NCBI GenBank assembly: GCA_003280965.1
Contig: QCDI01000003.1
Coordinates: 32,001-96,000, forward strand
Origin: Prochlorococcus sp. AG-355-B18
GTDB taxonomy: Bacteria > Cyanobacteriota > Cyanobacteriia > PCC-6307 > Cyanobiaceae
Direction: 5' to 3'
Length of the DNA: 64,000 bases
Below are positions 30,800 to 40,870 of this stretch, piece by piece; the first letter of the stretch is position 1, and the number at the start of each line of letters is the position of its first letter. The notes under the pieces are model-generated. The model saw only the letters and a program-made list of their open reading frames with translations, made no database searches and was not told where the DNA came from. Made by a program: the position numbers and the translations under genes.

Positions 30800-31654
30800 T
30801 CAATCAAAAACAGCCGTTTTGCTGTTATAAACAAATACTTGATGATTTAGATGTAATCTAACAGCTCTTGCCAGTGCAATTCTCTCGATATCTCTTCCTT
30901 TTCTAATCAAATCATCAACTTCGTCCCTATGACTTACGTCAACTGTACATTGCTCTATTATCGGACCTTCGTCGAGATCTTCAGTAACATAATGGGCAGT
31001 AGCACCAATTAATTTAACACCCCTCTTCCATGCTCGATGATATGGTTGCGCCCCCTTAAATGCAGGTAAGAAAGAATGATGAATATTTATTATTGAAGAA
31101 AACTGTTTTAAAAAAGAATCACTCAAAATTTGCATATATTTCGCTAATACAACAAGATCAATTTCATATTCTTTTAGTAAATTTAAAAATTGATCTTCAA
31201 CATCAGATTTATCAATATTAAAGGTATCAATATGAACAAATTTTGCATTAAAGTCGTTTGCAATATTTTCAAGATCAGAATGATTTGAAATTATTAACGG
31301 CACTTTCATTTTGAGTTCACCATTTCTTACTCTCCAGAGTAAATCAATCAAACAATGATTTTGTTTGCTAACAAAAATAGCAACATTTGGAATCTCATCA
31401 GAATAATTTACATTGAATTTTCCATTTACGTCAGCAGCAATTTTTTTAAATTCGTTAAAAATTTCATCTCTATTGAAAGATGGATTATTACTATTCCATT
31501 CAATGCGACTAAGAAACAATCCCGCATCTTGATCTGTATGATGATCAGAATGCTTTATATTGCCACCGTAATTTGAAATCCAACTTGTAAGTAGACTTAC
31601 GAGGCCAGGACGATCGGGACAAACAATTTTGAATATAATTGAAGGATGTTCCAA
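30800..31654 (-). CDS. purU: Formyltetrahydrofolate deformylase
   Basis: N-terminal ACT CPDRPGLV; LAKYMQIL, INIHHSFLPAFKGA, GATAHYVT. Confidence 0.96.
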   Translation of the reverse strand: MEHPSIIFKIVCPDRPGLVSLLTSWISNYGGNIKHSDHHTDQDAGLFLSRIEWNSNNPSFNRDEIFNEFKKIAADVNGKFNVNYSDEIPNVAIFVSKQNHCLIDLLWRVRNGELKMKVPLIISNHSDLENIANDFNAKFVHIDTFNIDKSDVEDQFLNLLKEYEIDLVVLAKYMQILSDSFLKQFSSIINIHHSFLPAFKGAQPYHRAWKRGVKLIGATAHYVTEDLDEGPIIEQCTVDVSHRDEVDDLIRKGRDIERIALARAVRLHLNHQVFVYNSKTAVFD

Positions 31655-31702
31655 AAAATCTTTAACTATTTATTCAAGTAAGCAATTATATCTAATATAT
31701 CA

Positions 31703-32785
31703 ATGAAAAGCTTAAAAGAAAATTTTCAAAAAGCACACATAGTGATTATTGGATCAGGAATTATTGGAAAATTTAATGCCTTAGAATTATCAGAATTAGG
31801 CTTTCGGATAACAATAATAGATCCAGATGAAGAAAAAAATAGTAGCAATGCAGCTTTAGGCCTACTTATGGGTAATATGTATCAAAAAAGGAGAGGTAGA
31901 AGTTGGGATCTTAGGAGACAAAGCATTGAATTATGGCCAAAATGGATTGAATTTCTAAAAAAATTTAATTATGAATTAAAAATTAAAAAACCATTAATTC
32001 AACTAACTACGAATGAAGAACAGTTTAAAAAGTTAGAGAAATTTGTTTATGAAAGTGGCAATCTAAACTTACAAATTCTAAAAAGAGACTCAATAATTAT
32101 CAATAAAATAAATCAAGCATTCCAAACAAAAAATATAAAAGGTATGATTTCCTTCGATGATGGAAGAATAAATGCTAAATCGTTACTTAAGACATTAGAT
32201 AAATATCTAAAATATAAAAAAATAAATTTTGTAAATGAAGAAATAATAAAAATCAGAAAAGCAAACAATCAATGGTTTTCTACAACAAAAAACAATGGAG
32301 ATATCAAATCTGACATAGTTATTTTGTGTAATTCTCTGCAAGCGGTTGACTTAATAGATGGCCTATCTCACAACATCAAATTAAAACCTGTTTTAGGTCA
32401 AGCTATAGAAGTTGGCATAAATGATGCAGAAGTCGATTTATTAACACTTCCAAAACAATTCAATATAAATGGCAAAAATATCATTCCAGTATCAAAAAAC
32501 AAACTTATTATTGGTTCAACAGACGAATATAGTACAAAGCCAGAAAAAAATATTTTTGAGAAAATTACAAATTTTTTAGATAAACAACCAACTTGGCTTA
32601 TCAACGGTCGAGTTACAAAAAAATGGTTTGGCGTAAGGTCTAGGCCTGAAGGTGAACCTTCACCAATAATAAAAAATCTAGAAGATGGACTGATTATATG
32701 TACAGGTTTTTATAAAAATGGTATTCTACTCGCACCAGCTTGTTCTAAATGGGTTGCTAGGGAAATTAAAAAATACTTCTCCTAA
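31703..32785 (+). CDS. FAD-dependent oxidoreductase (glycine/D-amino acid oxidase family)
   Basis: IIGSGIIG Rossmann motif, [18 protein letters not shown]. Confidence 0.85.
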   Translation: MKSLKENFQKAHIVIIGSGIIGKFNALELSELGFRITIIDPDEEKNSSNAALGLLMGNMYQKRRGRSWDLRRQSIELWPKWIEFLKKFNYELKIKKPLIQLTTNEEQFKKLEKFVYESGNLNLQILKRDSIIINKINQAFQTKNIKGMISFDDGRINAKSLLKTLDKYLKYKKINFVNEEIIKIRKANNQWFSTTKNNGDIKSDIVILCNSLQAVDLIDGLSHNIKLKPVLGQAIEVGINDAEVDLLTLPKQFNINGKNIIPVSKNKLIIGSTDEYSTKPEKNIFEKITNFLDKQPTWLINGRVTKKWFGVRSRPEGEPSPIIKNLEDGLIICTGFYKNGILLAPACSKWVAREIKKYFS

Positions 32786-34689
32786 TCTTTTGATTCAGTA
32801 AAGTCTGCATCAATTACATCATCTCCACTTTTATCATTTGATTCAGTCTGATCAGGACCACTCGCTGAACCAGGTGTCGGAGGCTGGTTACCTGGTTGCT
32901 GATAAACAGATGAACCGACTGCATATAGTTCTTGTTGAAGCTCTTCAAGGAGTTTTTTCATTGACTCATAGTCCTCTTTTGAGGTGGCCTCTTTTAAAGC
33001 ATTGCTTTTTTCTTCAACCTTAGACTTTGCTGCAGCTTCAATTTTATCTCCCAATTCACCAAGTTGCTTTTCTGTCTGATAGACAAGTGTTTCAGCTTGA
33101 TTCTTTAAATCAATTTTCTCTCTTTTTTCTTTATCTGCTGATGCATTTGATTCTGCATCTTTAACCATTTTTTCAACCTCATTATCGGATAAAGTAGAAG
33201 CACCAGTGATAGAAATACTTTGCTCTTTTCCACTACCTTTATCTTTAGCTGTAACACTAAGAATACCGTTTGCATCGATATCAAATGTCACTTCAATTTG
33301 GGGGACACCTCTTGGTGCTGATGGAATACCATCTAATCTAAAAGTTCCCAAACTTTTATTATCAGATGCCATTTCTCTTTCACCCTGTAATACATGTATT
33401 TCTACATTGGTTTGTCCGTCGACAGCAGTTGAATATGTCTCAGATTTCTTTGTAGGTACAGTAGTATTTCTATTTATCATTTTTGTCATAACCCCACCTA
33501 AAGTTTCTACACCTAAAGAAAGTGGAGTAACATCAAGCAACAATATATCTTTAACTTCACCAGCTAAAACTCCTCCCTGAATAGCTGCTCCAACAGCAAC
33601 AACTTCGTCAGGATTAACAGTTTGATTTGGTTCCTTGCCTATTATTTTTTTAACTAAATCTAAAACTGCAGGTATCCTGGATGAACCTCCTACCATAACA
33701 ACTTCATCAATTTCACTAGTAGAAATTTTGGCATCACTTATAGCTCTCTCAACTGGGGTTTTGCACCTATCAATTAAAGAGGCTGCTAATTCCTCAAATT
33801 TTGCTCTAGTTAAGTTCAAATCCAAATGTTTTGGACCTTCAGGAGTTGCCGTTATAAAGGGCAAATTTATTTCACTTTGAGTAGCATTTGAAAGCTCAAT
33901 TTTTGCTTTTTCTGCTGCTTCAGTAAGTCTTTGTAAAGCCTGTTTATCTTGTCTAAGGTCGATTCCCTCATTTGATTTAAAAGTACTTGCTAAATGATCT
34001 ACGATACACCTATCAAAATCGTCACCGCCTAAATGCGTATCTCCAGATGTAGATAGAACTTCAGTTACTCCGTCACCAGCTTCAATAACTGACACGTCGA
34101 ATGTTCCTCCACCTAAATCAAATACAAGAATTTTTTCATTTTCTTTATCCAAACCATATGCTAGAGCTGCAGCAGTTGGCTCATTGACAATTCTGAGAAC
34201 TTCTAAACCTGCAATCTTGCCTGCATCTTTTGTCGCTTGTCTCTGAGAGTCGTTAAAATAAGCTGGAACAGTAATTACAGCCTGTGTAACTTTTTCACCA
34301 AGGTATTTACCAGCGTCATCTGCTAACTTTCTTAAAACTTGAGAGCTAACCTCTTCAGGGGAAAACTGCTTATCCAAAATAGGACACTTTAATTTAACGC
34401 TAGAACCAGATTTTTCAACAGAATAACTAACTTCTTTAGATTCTTCATTTACTTCATCAACTCTTCTGCCAACAAAACGCTTTGCAGAATAAAAAGTGTT
34501 TTCAGGGTTCATAACAGCTTGTCTCTTTGCGATTTGGCCAACGAGCTGATCTTGATTTTTTGTATATGCAACAACTGATGGAGTAGTTCTGAAACCCTCA
34601 GCATTTGCTATTACAGTAGGTTTACCACCTTCCATAACAGCGACACAACTATTAGTTGTTCCTAAATCAATTCCTACAACCTTACCCAT
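32782..34689 (-). CDS. dnaK: Chaperone DnaK (DnaK2-type)
   Basis: [33 protein letters not shown]-terminal DDVIDADF. Confidence 0.98.
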   Translation of the reverse strand: MGKVVGIDLGTTNSCVAVMEGGKPTVIANAEGFRTTPSVVAYTKNQDQLVGQIAKRQAVMNPENTFYSAKRFVGRRVDEVNEESKEVSYSVEKSGSSVKLKCPILDKQFSPEEVSSQVLRKLADDAGKYLGEKVTQAVITVPAYFNDSQRQATKDAGKIAGLEVLRIVNEPTAAALAYGLDKENEKILVFDLGGGTFDVSVIEAGDGVTEVLSTSGDTHLGGDDFDRCIVDHLASTFKSNEGIDLRQDKQALQRLTEAAEKAKIELSNATQSEINLPFITATPEGPKHLDLNLTRAKFEELAASLIDRCKTPVERAISDAKISTSEIDEVVMVGGSSRIPAVLDLVKKIIGKEPNQTVNPDEVVAVGAAIQGGVLAGEVKDILLLDVTPLSLGVETLGGVMTKMINRNTTVPTKKSETYSTAVDGQTNVEIHVLQGEREMASDNKSLGTFRLDGIPSAPRGVPQIEVTFDIDANGILSVTAKDKGSGKEQSISITGASTLSDNEVEKMVKDAESNASADKEKREKIDLKNQAETLVYQTEKQLGELGDKIEAAAKSKVEEKSNALKEATSKEDYESMKKLLEELQQELYAVGSSVYQQPGNQPPTPGSASGPDQTESNDKSGDDVIDADFTESKD

Positions 34690-34758
34690 GGGTAAATTCT
34701 CATATTTAATATTCTCCATAATCGGTCATCGGCGTCATTATTGTTACTCAAAGACGAG

Positions 34759-34773
34759 GTGTGGTTCCCGAAC
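34759..34773 (-). promoter_or_regulatory. Putative K-box-like stress element upstream of dnaK
   Basis: Minus strand GTTCGGGAACCACAC about 70 nt upstream of the dnaK ATG; resembles the cyanobacterial K-box GTTCGG-NNAN-CCNNAC (recalled consensus; spacer 1 nt shorter here). Confidence 0.55.
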
Positions 34774-34806
34774 AGATCGTTATTTTTTAAGAAAAAAATT
34801 CTAAAC

Positions 34807-35676
34807 ATGATTTCAAGTAAGACATCTTTTATTGCATTAATCGGCAATCCAGTAAGCCATTCCTTGTCACCGATTATGCAAAATGCTGCCCTTCAATATT
34901 TAGGCCTAGATTTAATTTATATCGCTATACCTTGCAAAGATGAAGATCTAGAATTAGTTCTGAATTCTTTGAAAACAATTAATTGCAAAGGTTTAAACAT
35001 TACAATTCCCTTTAAAGAAAAAGTATTTAACCTCTGTAGTGAAATTTCCCCTGTTGCAAGCAAACTGAAAGCAATTAATACCCTAAAATTAAATTCTGAA
35101 AAAGAATGGAGCGCAACTAACACAGATGTAGAAGGATTTATTTATCCTTTAAAAACATTAAACTTAATAAAAAAAGAATCTATTGTTCTTGGCTCCGGGG
35201 GTGCAGCACGATCTGTTATTCAGGGATTAATAAATCTTAATTTCTCAACTATTTCAGTAATATCAAGGAATAAATCATCACTAGATGAATTAATAAAAAA
35301 TTTTAGGAGTCAAATTGAAATTCAAGGTTTGCTGAATAATGATAATTGGGCTCAAAATTTAATTGAAGAAGCAGATTTAATTGTAAATACAACACCAGTA
35401 GGAATGAAAACAACAAAAAATGACGAAAATTTATTGCCATTTGGAGAGAATTTCTGGAGATCTCTTAACTCGAAATCAATTATTTACGATCTAATCTACA
35501 ATCCTGCTCCGACTTCTTTATTAAAATTTAGTGCCAAAAAAGGATGCATGACTATCGACGGTTTGCAAATGCTTATTGCTCAGGGATTGAAATCATTATC
35601 ATTTTGGACAGATGGTTTAGAAGTGCCTTTTCACATTATGGATGACGCACTCAAAAATTATCTTAAAAATAAATGA
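34807..35676 (+). CDS. aroE: Shikimate dehydrogenase
   Basis: [43 protein letters not shown]. Confidence 0.96.
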   Translation: MISSKTSFIALIGNPVSHSLSPIMQNAALQYLGLDLIYIAIPCKDEDLELVLNSLKTINCKGLNITIPFKEKVFNLCSEISPVASKLKAINTLKLNSEKEWSATNTDVEGFIYPLKTLNLIKKESIVLGSGGAARSVIQGLINLNFSTISVISRNKSSLDELIKNFRSQIEIQGLLNNDNWAQNLIEEADLIVNTTPVGMKTTKNDENLLPFGENFWRSLNSKSIIYDLIYNPAPTSLLKFSAKKGCMTIDGLQMLIAQGLKSLSFWTDGLEVPFHIMDDALKNYLKNK

Positions 35677-35773
35677 TGCTAATTTTCAGGGAATTTGCAC
35701 ATCATGTTGTATCGTTAAAGATGAACAGACGCTCATCGCATTAATTTATGAGCCAAAGACCTTGTCTGAAACT

Positions 35774-36232
35774 ATGAACGAACAATCTTATTACGAAACC
35801 ATGTACATCCTCCGTCCAGATATTGCGGAAGATGAAGTAACTAGCCACATTGATAAATACAATAAGCTTTTAAAAGATTTTGGCGGTACTATCCTCGATA
35901 GTCAAATGAGGGGTAAAAGAAGATTAGCTTATCAAATAGCAAAACATAGAGAAGGTATTTACGTCCAACTAAGTCATCAAGGTGATGGACAACATATTTT
36001 CAAAATTGAAAAAGCAATGAGACTGAGTGAAGATGTTATAAGATATATGACCGTTAAACAAGAAGGACCGTTGCCAACTCCAAGACCCTCTACTAAGAAT
36101 TCAACTCAAGTAGATGATAAAGAGAATTCAGAACCTAAAGTTGAATCTAAGGAAAAACAACCAGTAATTAGCGCAGATACTTCAACTTCGAAAAAAGATG
36201 ATTCTGAAACCAAAGACAATGCAGAGTCTTAA
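35774..36232 (+). CDS. rpsF: 30S ribosomal protein S6 with long C-terminal extension
   Basis: [29 protein letters not shown]. Confidence 0.96.
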   Translation: MNEQSYYETMYILRPDIAEDEVTSHIDKYNKLLKDFGGTILDSQMRGKRRLAYQIAKHREGIYVQLSHQGDGQHIFKIEKAMRLSEDVIRYMTVKQEGPLPTPRPSTKNSTQVDDKENSEPKVESKEKQPVISADTSTSKKDDSETKDNAES

Positions 36233-36235
36233 GTA

Positions 36236-37450
36236 TTAATCTTTTGTTTTTGAATTTAATTCAGCCCATATTTTATTAGACATACCCCACATATAGATAA
36301 AACCCTTTGCTAAAGAGTGATTAAATACATCATCTTGACTATAAGTTGCCAAATCTTCTCTATAAAGTGAATTGTTTTCCGACATTCTTCCAACTACAAT
36401 TGCGTTCCCCTTATGAAGTCTAATCTTTACTCTTCCATTAACTGAAGTTTGAGTCGATGAAATGAAAGCATCTAAACTATCTTTTAGAGGTCCGAACCAA
36501 AACCCCTGATAAACCAATTGACTCCATTTTTTTTCCACCCTTCCTTTAAAGTCAATAACATCTGGGTTTAAAGTTATACTTTCTAATTCCTTGTGAGCTT
36601 TGATTAGAAGTAAAAGTCCAGGTGTTTCGTAAATCTCTCTGCTTTTGATCCCTACAACTCGATCTTCAATCATATCTATTCTTCCAAAACCATGTTCACC
36701 TGCAAGATCATTAGCTTTTTGAATAATCTCCACTGGAGTTAACATTTCATTATTAATTCCAACTGGCAGCCCATTTTTAAAAACAATTTCAATATCTTGA
36801 GGAACATCAGGTGAATTATCAATTGATGATGTTATTGCAAAAATATTTTCAGGTGCCTCATGCATTGGGTCCTCTAATATACCCGCTTCAATACTCCTAC
36901 CTAGAAGGTTAACATCTATTGAATATGGTGATTTTTTTGATACTGGTGCAGGAATACCAAATTTTTCTCCATACAATATTGCCTCTTCCCTGCTCATATT
37001 CCACTCTCTTGCAGGAGTAATAATTTTCAAATCAGGACCTAAAGCATTAATTGCTAAATCAAAGCGAACTTGATCATTTCCTTTACCGGTGCATCCATGT
37101 GCTACTGCATCGGCATTTATCTCTCTCGCAGTATTAACAAGATTTTCAGCAATTAAAGGCCGAGCAAGAGCCGTAGATAATGGATATTTATCTAAATATA
37201 ATGCATTTGCTCTAATAGCTGGAAAAGCATATTTCTCGACAAAACTATCAACTAAATTACCAACGATTGATTTAGATGCACCAGAATTTAAAGCTTTTTG
37301 TCTAACAAGTTCTAAATCTTCACCTTGTCCAAGATCTGCCACAAAAGTAACCACTTCTGAAATACCATATTCATTCTTTAAATATGGAATACAAACGCTC
37401 GTATCAACGCCACCAGAATAAGCTAGTACAACTTTTTTTACCTGCTGCAT
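36236..37450 (-). CDS. argG: Argininosuccinate synthase
   Basis: [32 protein letters not shown]. Confidence 0.98.
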   Translation of the reverse strand: MQQVKKVVLAYSGGVDTSVCIPYLKNEYGISEVVTFVADLGQGEDLELVRQKALNSGASKSIVGNLVDSFVEKYAFPAIRANALYLDKYPLSTALARPLIAENLVNTAREINADAVAHGCTGKGNDQVRFDLAINALGPDLKIITPAREWNMSREEAILYGEKFGIPAPVSKKSPYSIDVNLLGRSIEAGILEDPMHEAPENIFAITSSIDNSPDVPQDIEIVFKNGLPVGINNEMLTPVEIIQKANDLAGEHGFGRIDMIEDRVVGIKSREIYETPGLLLLIKAHKELESITLNPDVIDFKGRVEKKWSQLVYQGFWFGPLKDSLDAFISSTQTSVNGRVKIRLHKGNAIVVGRMSENNSLYREDLATYSQDDVFNHSLAKGFIYMWGMSNKIWAELNSKTKD

Positions 37451-37483
37451 TTCAATTTGTTCCATAAATTTTTTTTAACGTGA

Positions 37484-37678
37484 TTAAGAATTTGATAACT
37501 TATTAAAAACTAATATCATTGTAACTAAAAGAGCTGGACCAAAAACTAGTAATACGAGAAGAAAGTTATTAATTATTAAAACATTGGGATTCAAGTATCC
37601 GCCAAGCTTAAATAATCCAGACAACAACAATGAGATTAGCCAGATTAAAAAATATTTTAAATTTCCTTTATCAAACAA
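37484..37678 (-). CDS. Small hypothetical membrane protein (2 TM)
   Basis: 64-aa ORF (TTG start) with two hydrophobic helices, filling the gap upstream of argG. Confidence 0.55.
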   Translation of the reverse strand: MFDKGNLKYFLIWLISLLLSGLFKLGGYLNPNVLIINNFLLVLLVFGPALLVTMILVFNKLSNS

Positions 37679-37730
37679 AGTTTTTCATGCGCATTATTAT
37701 GTATTATCTTATATATAGAACATAAACTAA

Positions 37731-38009
37731 ATGGACTCAAATAAATTAAAACTTAGATTAGACGATATTTCTGAAGTTAACCCTGCTTTAACTTGCTACC
37801 ACAGAGATGATCAGGCTCCTGTTTTGCCACTAAGAGATGAGCCAGATTTACTATCTTGGCTTGAAAATACAGGTAGACTTGTTACTGAAAGCGAGGGAGA
37901 TTCACAAGAGATTAGTACAATTGAAGAAGAAGAACTATCAGCGCTAATGGGAGAAAAAGAAGATTACAAGACTGAAGAAGACCCTTCAGATGATGATTGG
38001 GAAGATTAA
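37731..38009 (+). CDS. DUF3134-like small acidic protein
   Basis: NPAL...R...APVLP...LLSWLENTGRL, acidic tail; upstream of mraY as in other cyanobacteria. Confidence 0.75.
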   Translation: MDSNKLKLRLDDISEVNPALTCYHRDDQAPVLPLRDEPDLLSWLENTGRLVTESEGDSQEISTIEEEELSALMGEKEDYKTEEDPSDDDWED

Positions 38010-39069
38010 ACAGTTTAACTTTAAATCGTTATTAATATTAAATACCTTTGCTTTAATAGTTACCTCGTATTTTTTTAAAAATTTTATTTGTTTAGGAGTC
38101 TATACATTATTTTTTTTTATTTCTTTATTCACAACAAAGAATGGTCTAAAAACAATAAAAAAATTAAATTTACTTCAAAATATTAGGACTGAAGGTCCTT
38201 CTAATCACTTTAAAAAAAGTAATACCCCAACAATGGGTGGAATTTTTATGATAATTCCATTTTTGATTTTACTTTTAATAATAACTATAAATTTAGGATC
38301 TCTTAAATTATTGCTTTTATTATTTACTATTTTTGGTTTCTTTTTTACAGGCTTTTTAGATGATTATTTAAGCATTAAAAACAGAAAAAATACAGGATTA
38401 AAGTCAAAAGAAAAATTCATTCTACAGAGTATTATCTCAATAATTTTTATATTTATAGCCTATGAAAACGATTTAATAAATCCATTAATTAAAATTTCTG
38501 AATCTTGGGAAATAGATACAAGTATTTTTATATTTCCCATTTCTTTTTTAGTACTAGTTGGCATAAGTAATTCAGTAAATTTGACTGATGGACTAGATGG
38601 ATTAGCAGCTGGATGCAGTGGAATTGTTTTTTATGGATTAGGAACAGAGATATTAATGAAAGAACAAAAAGAGCTTTTTGTTTTTAGTCTCTTATGTTTT
38701 TCAATGTCTGGCATATGTTTAGGATTTCTAAAATACAATAACTATCCTGCAAAAATATTTATGGGTGACACAGGATCATTAAGTATTGGGGCTATCTTGG
38801 GTTCTATAGCGTTATTAACTAATAGCGTTTTTACCCTATCTATATTCTCAGGAATATTTATTGTTGAATCTTTATCAGTAATGATTCAAGTAGGGATTTT
38901 TAAAATTACAAAAAAATTATTTTACAAAGGTAAACGCATATTTTTAATGGCTCCACTTCACCACCATTTTGAACTTAAAGGTGTTAAGGAACAAAAAATA
39001 GTTGAAAATTTTTGGAAAATCAACATTTTACTTGTAATTTTAGGTATAGTTTTAAAAATCAATCTCTAA
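37990..39069 (+). CDS. mraY: Phospho-N-acetylmuramoyl-pentapeptide transferase
   Basis: KSNTPTMGG, GFLDD, NSVNLTDGLDGLA, FMGDTGS, MAPLHHHFE. Confidence 0.97.
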   Translation: MMIGKIKQFNFKSLLILNTFALIVTSYFFKNFICLGVYTLFFFISLFTTKNGLKTIKKLNLLQNIRTEGPSNHFKKSNTPTMGGIFMIIPFLILLLIITINLGSLKLLLLLFTIFGFFFTGFLDDYLSIKNRKNTGLKSKEKFILQSIISIIFIFIAYENDLINPLIKISESWEIDTSIFIFPISFLVLVGISNSVNLTDGLDGLAAGCSGIVFYGLGTEILMKEQKELFVFSLLCFSMSGICLGFLKYNNYPAKIFMGDTGSLSIGAILGSIALLTNSVFTLSIFSGIFIVESLSVMIQVGIFKITKKLFYKGKRIFLMAPLHHHFELKGVKEQKIVENFWKINILLVILGIVLKINL

Positions 39070-39079
39070 AAAATTTGTT

Positions 39080-39325
39080 ATGAATTTTTTTACATGGAAA
39101 GATAATGGATTAACAAGTGACTGCTCAAGTCTTGATGCAATGGCATCAAGGTTTGAAGAAACTGCTAACTTAATGAAAAAACTATCTAAGAAAGGCTTCA
39201 AACTTAAGAAAACTCACAATAATCAACTAATTCTTCACCCTGATCCTAAAGTTTTTGATCAATGGGGTTTTATAAGTGAAGAACTCCCTTTTAAACAACT
39301 TTGTTTAATATCAGATGAAGAATAA
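39080..39325 (+). CDS. Small hypothetical protein (81 aa)
   Basis: ATG 10 nt after the mraY stop; 3' end overlaps spsA. Confidence 0.6.
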   Translation: MNFFTWKDNGLTSDCSSLDAMASRFEETANLMKKLSKKGFKLKKTHNNQLILHPDPKVFDQWGFISEELPFKQLCLISDEE

Positions 39326-40668
39326 TTATTTGAACTTGAAAATTCTTTTAACAGAATTGATAAATAGTTATGTACATGAGTGTCCCAACTAAAGTGCCTA
39401 TTAACACCCTCAATTCCATTTCTACTCCATAATTTCCACTGATCATTATTGGAAATTCCTTTCTCAAGAATAACTTTTAGCTTATTAATATCAGTAACAT
39501 CTACTAAAAGTCCGTTTTCACATTTTGAGCAAATTTCTTTTGGTCCCCCATCATTTGTTGATATTATAGGCAATCCACATGAGGAAGCTTCAAGAAGAGT
39601 TAAACCAAAAGGCTCTGTTAAAGCTGGATTTACGAAAACACCCCCTCTGCTAGCAGCCCACCTATATAAAGCAGGAATTTGACTTGGAAGATGCTTTTTC
39701 GGATAAGCTACCTTCCCGTACAAATTATATTTATCAATCATTTCAAAAATATTATGGAATACGTCTTTTTGTTGAGGGTCAAGTTTTGAAGTACTATCTC
39801 GACAACCTAAAATCAAAATTAAATTAGTTTTTCTTTTTAATTTTTCAGATCTTCCGTATGCCTCAATCAAAGAAGGAATATTTTTTCTTCGAACAGCCCT
39901 AGAAATAGCCAATAATGGAGGTTTAGCAGAATCCTTGAGAAAAGGTTTCATCATATTGTCAATTTCAGCAGTTTCTGTTGTCGAGTGAATATGGTGAAAC
40001 TTGTTATGATCAACACCAGGTGGAATGACTTTTGCTTTTTGAGTTATAAAAGAAGTATATTGAGAATATTGATAAACTGATTCTTGTTTAGTGCTTGTAA
40101 CAACAATATCTGCCGACTTTAAAGCTTTTTCTTCTGCCTCAATTCTTTTACTTATAGAATAAAGCTTTTCTATTTGATTAGTTTTTAAACCAGTATCGAG
40201 CAATTTCCTCTGTTTTTCTCTTCCTAAGGAATGGCCAGTAAAAATAAGTGGAACATTTAAGGATTTACTTAGTTGGACACCTACATATCCAGCATCTGCA
40301 TAATGAGCATGAATAAAATGAGGTTTTTTATTTTTTTTATAAAAACAGATAAGACTTTCAGTTAAATGATCTAAATAGGGCCAAAGCAATTCCTTTCTTA
40401 AGTATTTATTAGGTCCAAATTTAAATCTTAAAATTCTAACTCCAGGTTCTACAAATTCTTCTTCTTGTGCATAGTCATTATCTACTTTAGTGTCGTTGAT
40501 TAAACGAGTGACTAGATCTACTTGGTCAACTTCTGAAGTATTAGCCAAACTTTTAACTAACTCTAAAACATATTGAGTTTGACCTCCTGTATCTGCATCC
40601 CTTCCTAATTCAAGGTTTTTAGAACGTATAAGACCATGTAAATGTAAATGTAAAAATTTAAGCCTCAT
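39259..40668 (-). CDS. spsA: Sucrose-phosphate synthase, GT4 domain only
   Basis: HGLIR...ELGRDADTGGQTQYV, HAHYADAG, TGHSLGREK, NPALTEPFGLTLLEA; GGAGG RBS. Confidence 0.9.
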   Translation of the reverse strand: MRLKFLHLHLHGLIRSKNLELGRDADTGGQTQYVLELVKSLANTSEVDQVDLVTRLINDTKVDNDYAQEEEFVEPGVRILRFKFGPNKYLRKELLWPYLDHLTESLICFYKKNKKPHFIHAHYADAGYVGVQLSKSLNVPLIFTGHSLGREKQRKLLDTGLKTNQIEKLYSISKRIEAEEKALKSADIVVTSTKQESVYQYSQYTSFITQKAKVIPPGVDHNKFHHIHSTTETAEIDNMMKPFLKDSAKPPLLAISRAVRRKNIPSLIEAYGRSEKLKRKTNLILILGCRDSTSKLDPQQKDVFHNIFEMIDKYNLYGKVAYPKKHLPSQIPALYRWAASRGGVFVNPALTEPFGLTLLEASSCGLPIISTNDGGPKEICSKCENGLLVDVTDINKLKVILEKGISNNDQWKLWSRNGIEGVNRHFSWDTHVHNYLSILLKEFSSSNNYSSSDIKQSCLKGSSSLIKPH

Positions 40669-40870
40669 TCAGCTAATCCTCCGTTCAAGAGCCTTTAATA
40701 CAAATAAGCTGGATTTCTACAGGAAATATTAAGAAACCATTATGATTTTAAATTTTTTAAATTCCAAAATTTTTTAAAAAAGCATATGTGGACTTAAGTT
40801 ATGCCTTTCTAAAGATGAATTTCGTTTAGCTCAGATAATTTAAAATACAAAGAAATACAACAAAGATTTC

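Noticed and set aside
34690..35773. Long N-terminal extensions of dnaK, aroE and rpsF shown in the ORF track
   Set aside because: Downstream ATGs (34689, 34807, 35774) match family N-termini; the extensions cover promoter DNA or overlap neighbours
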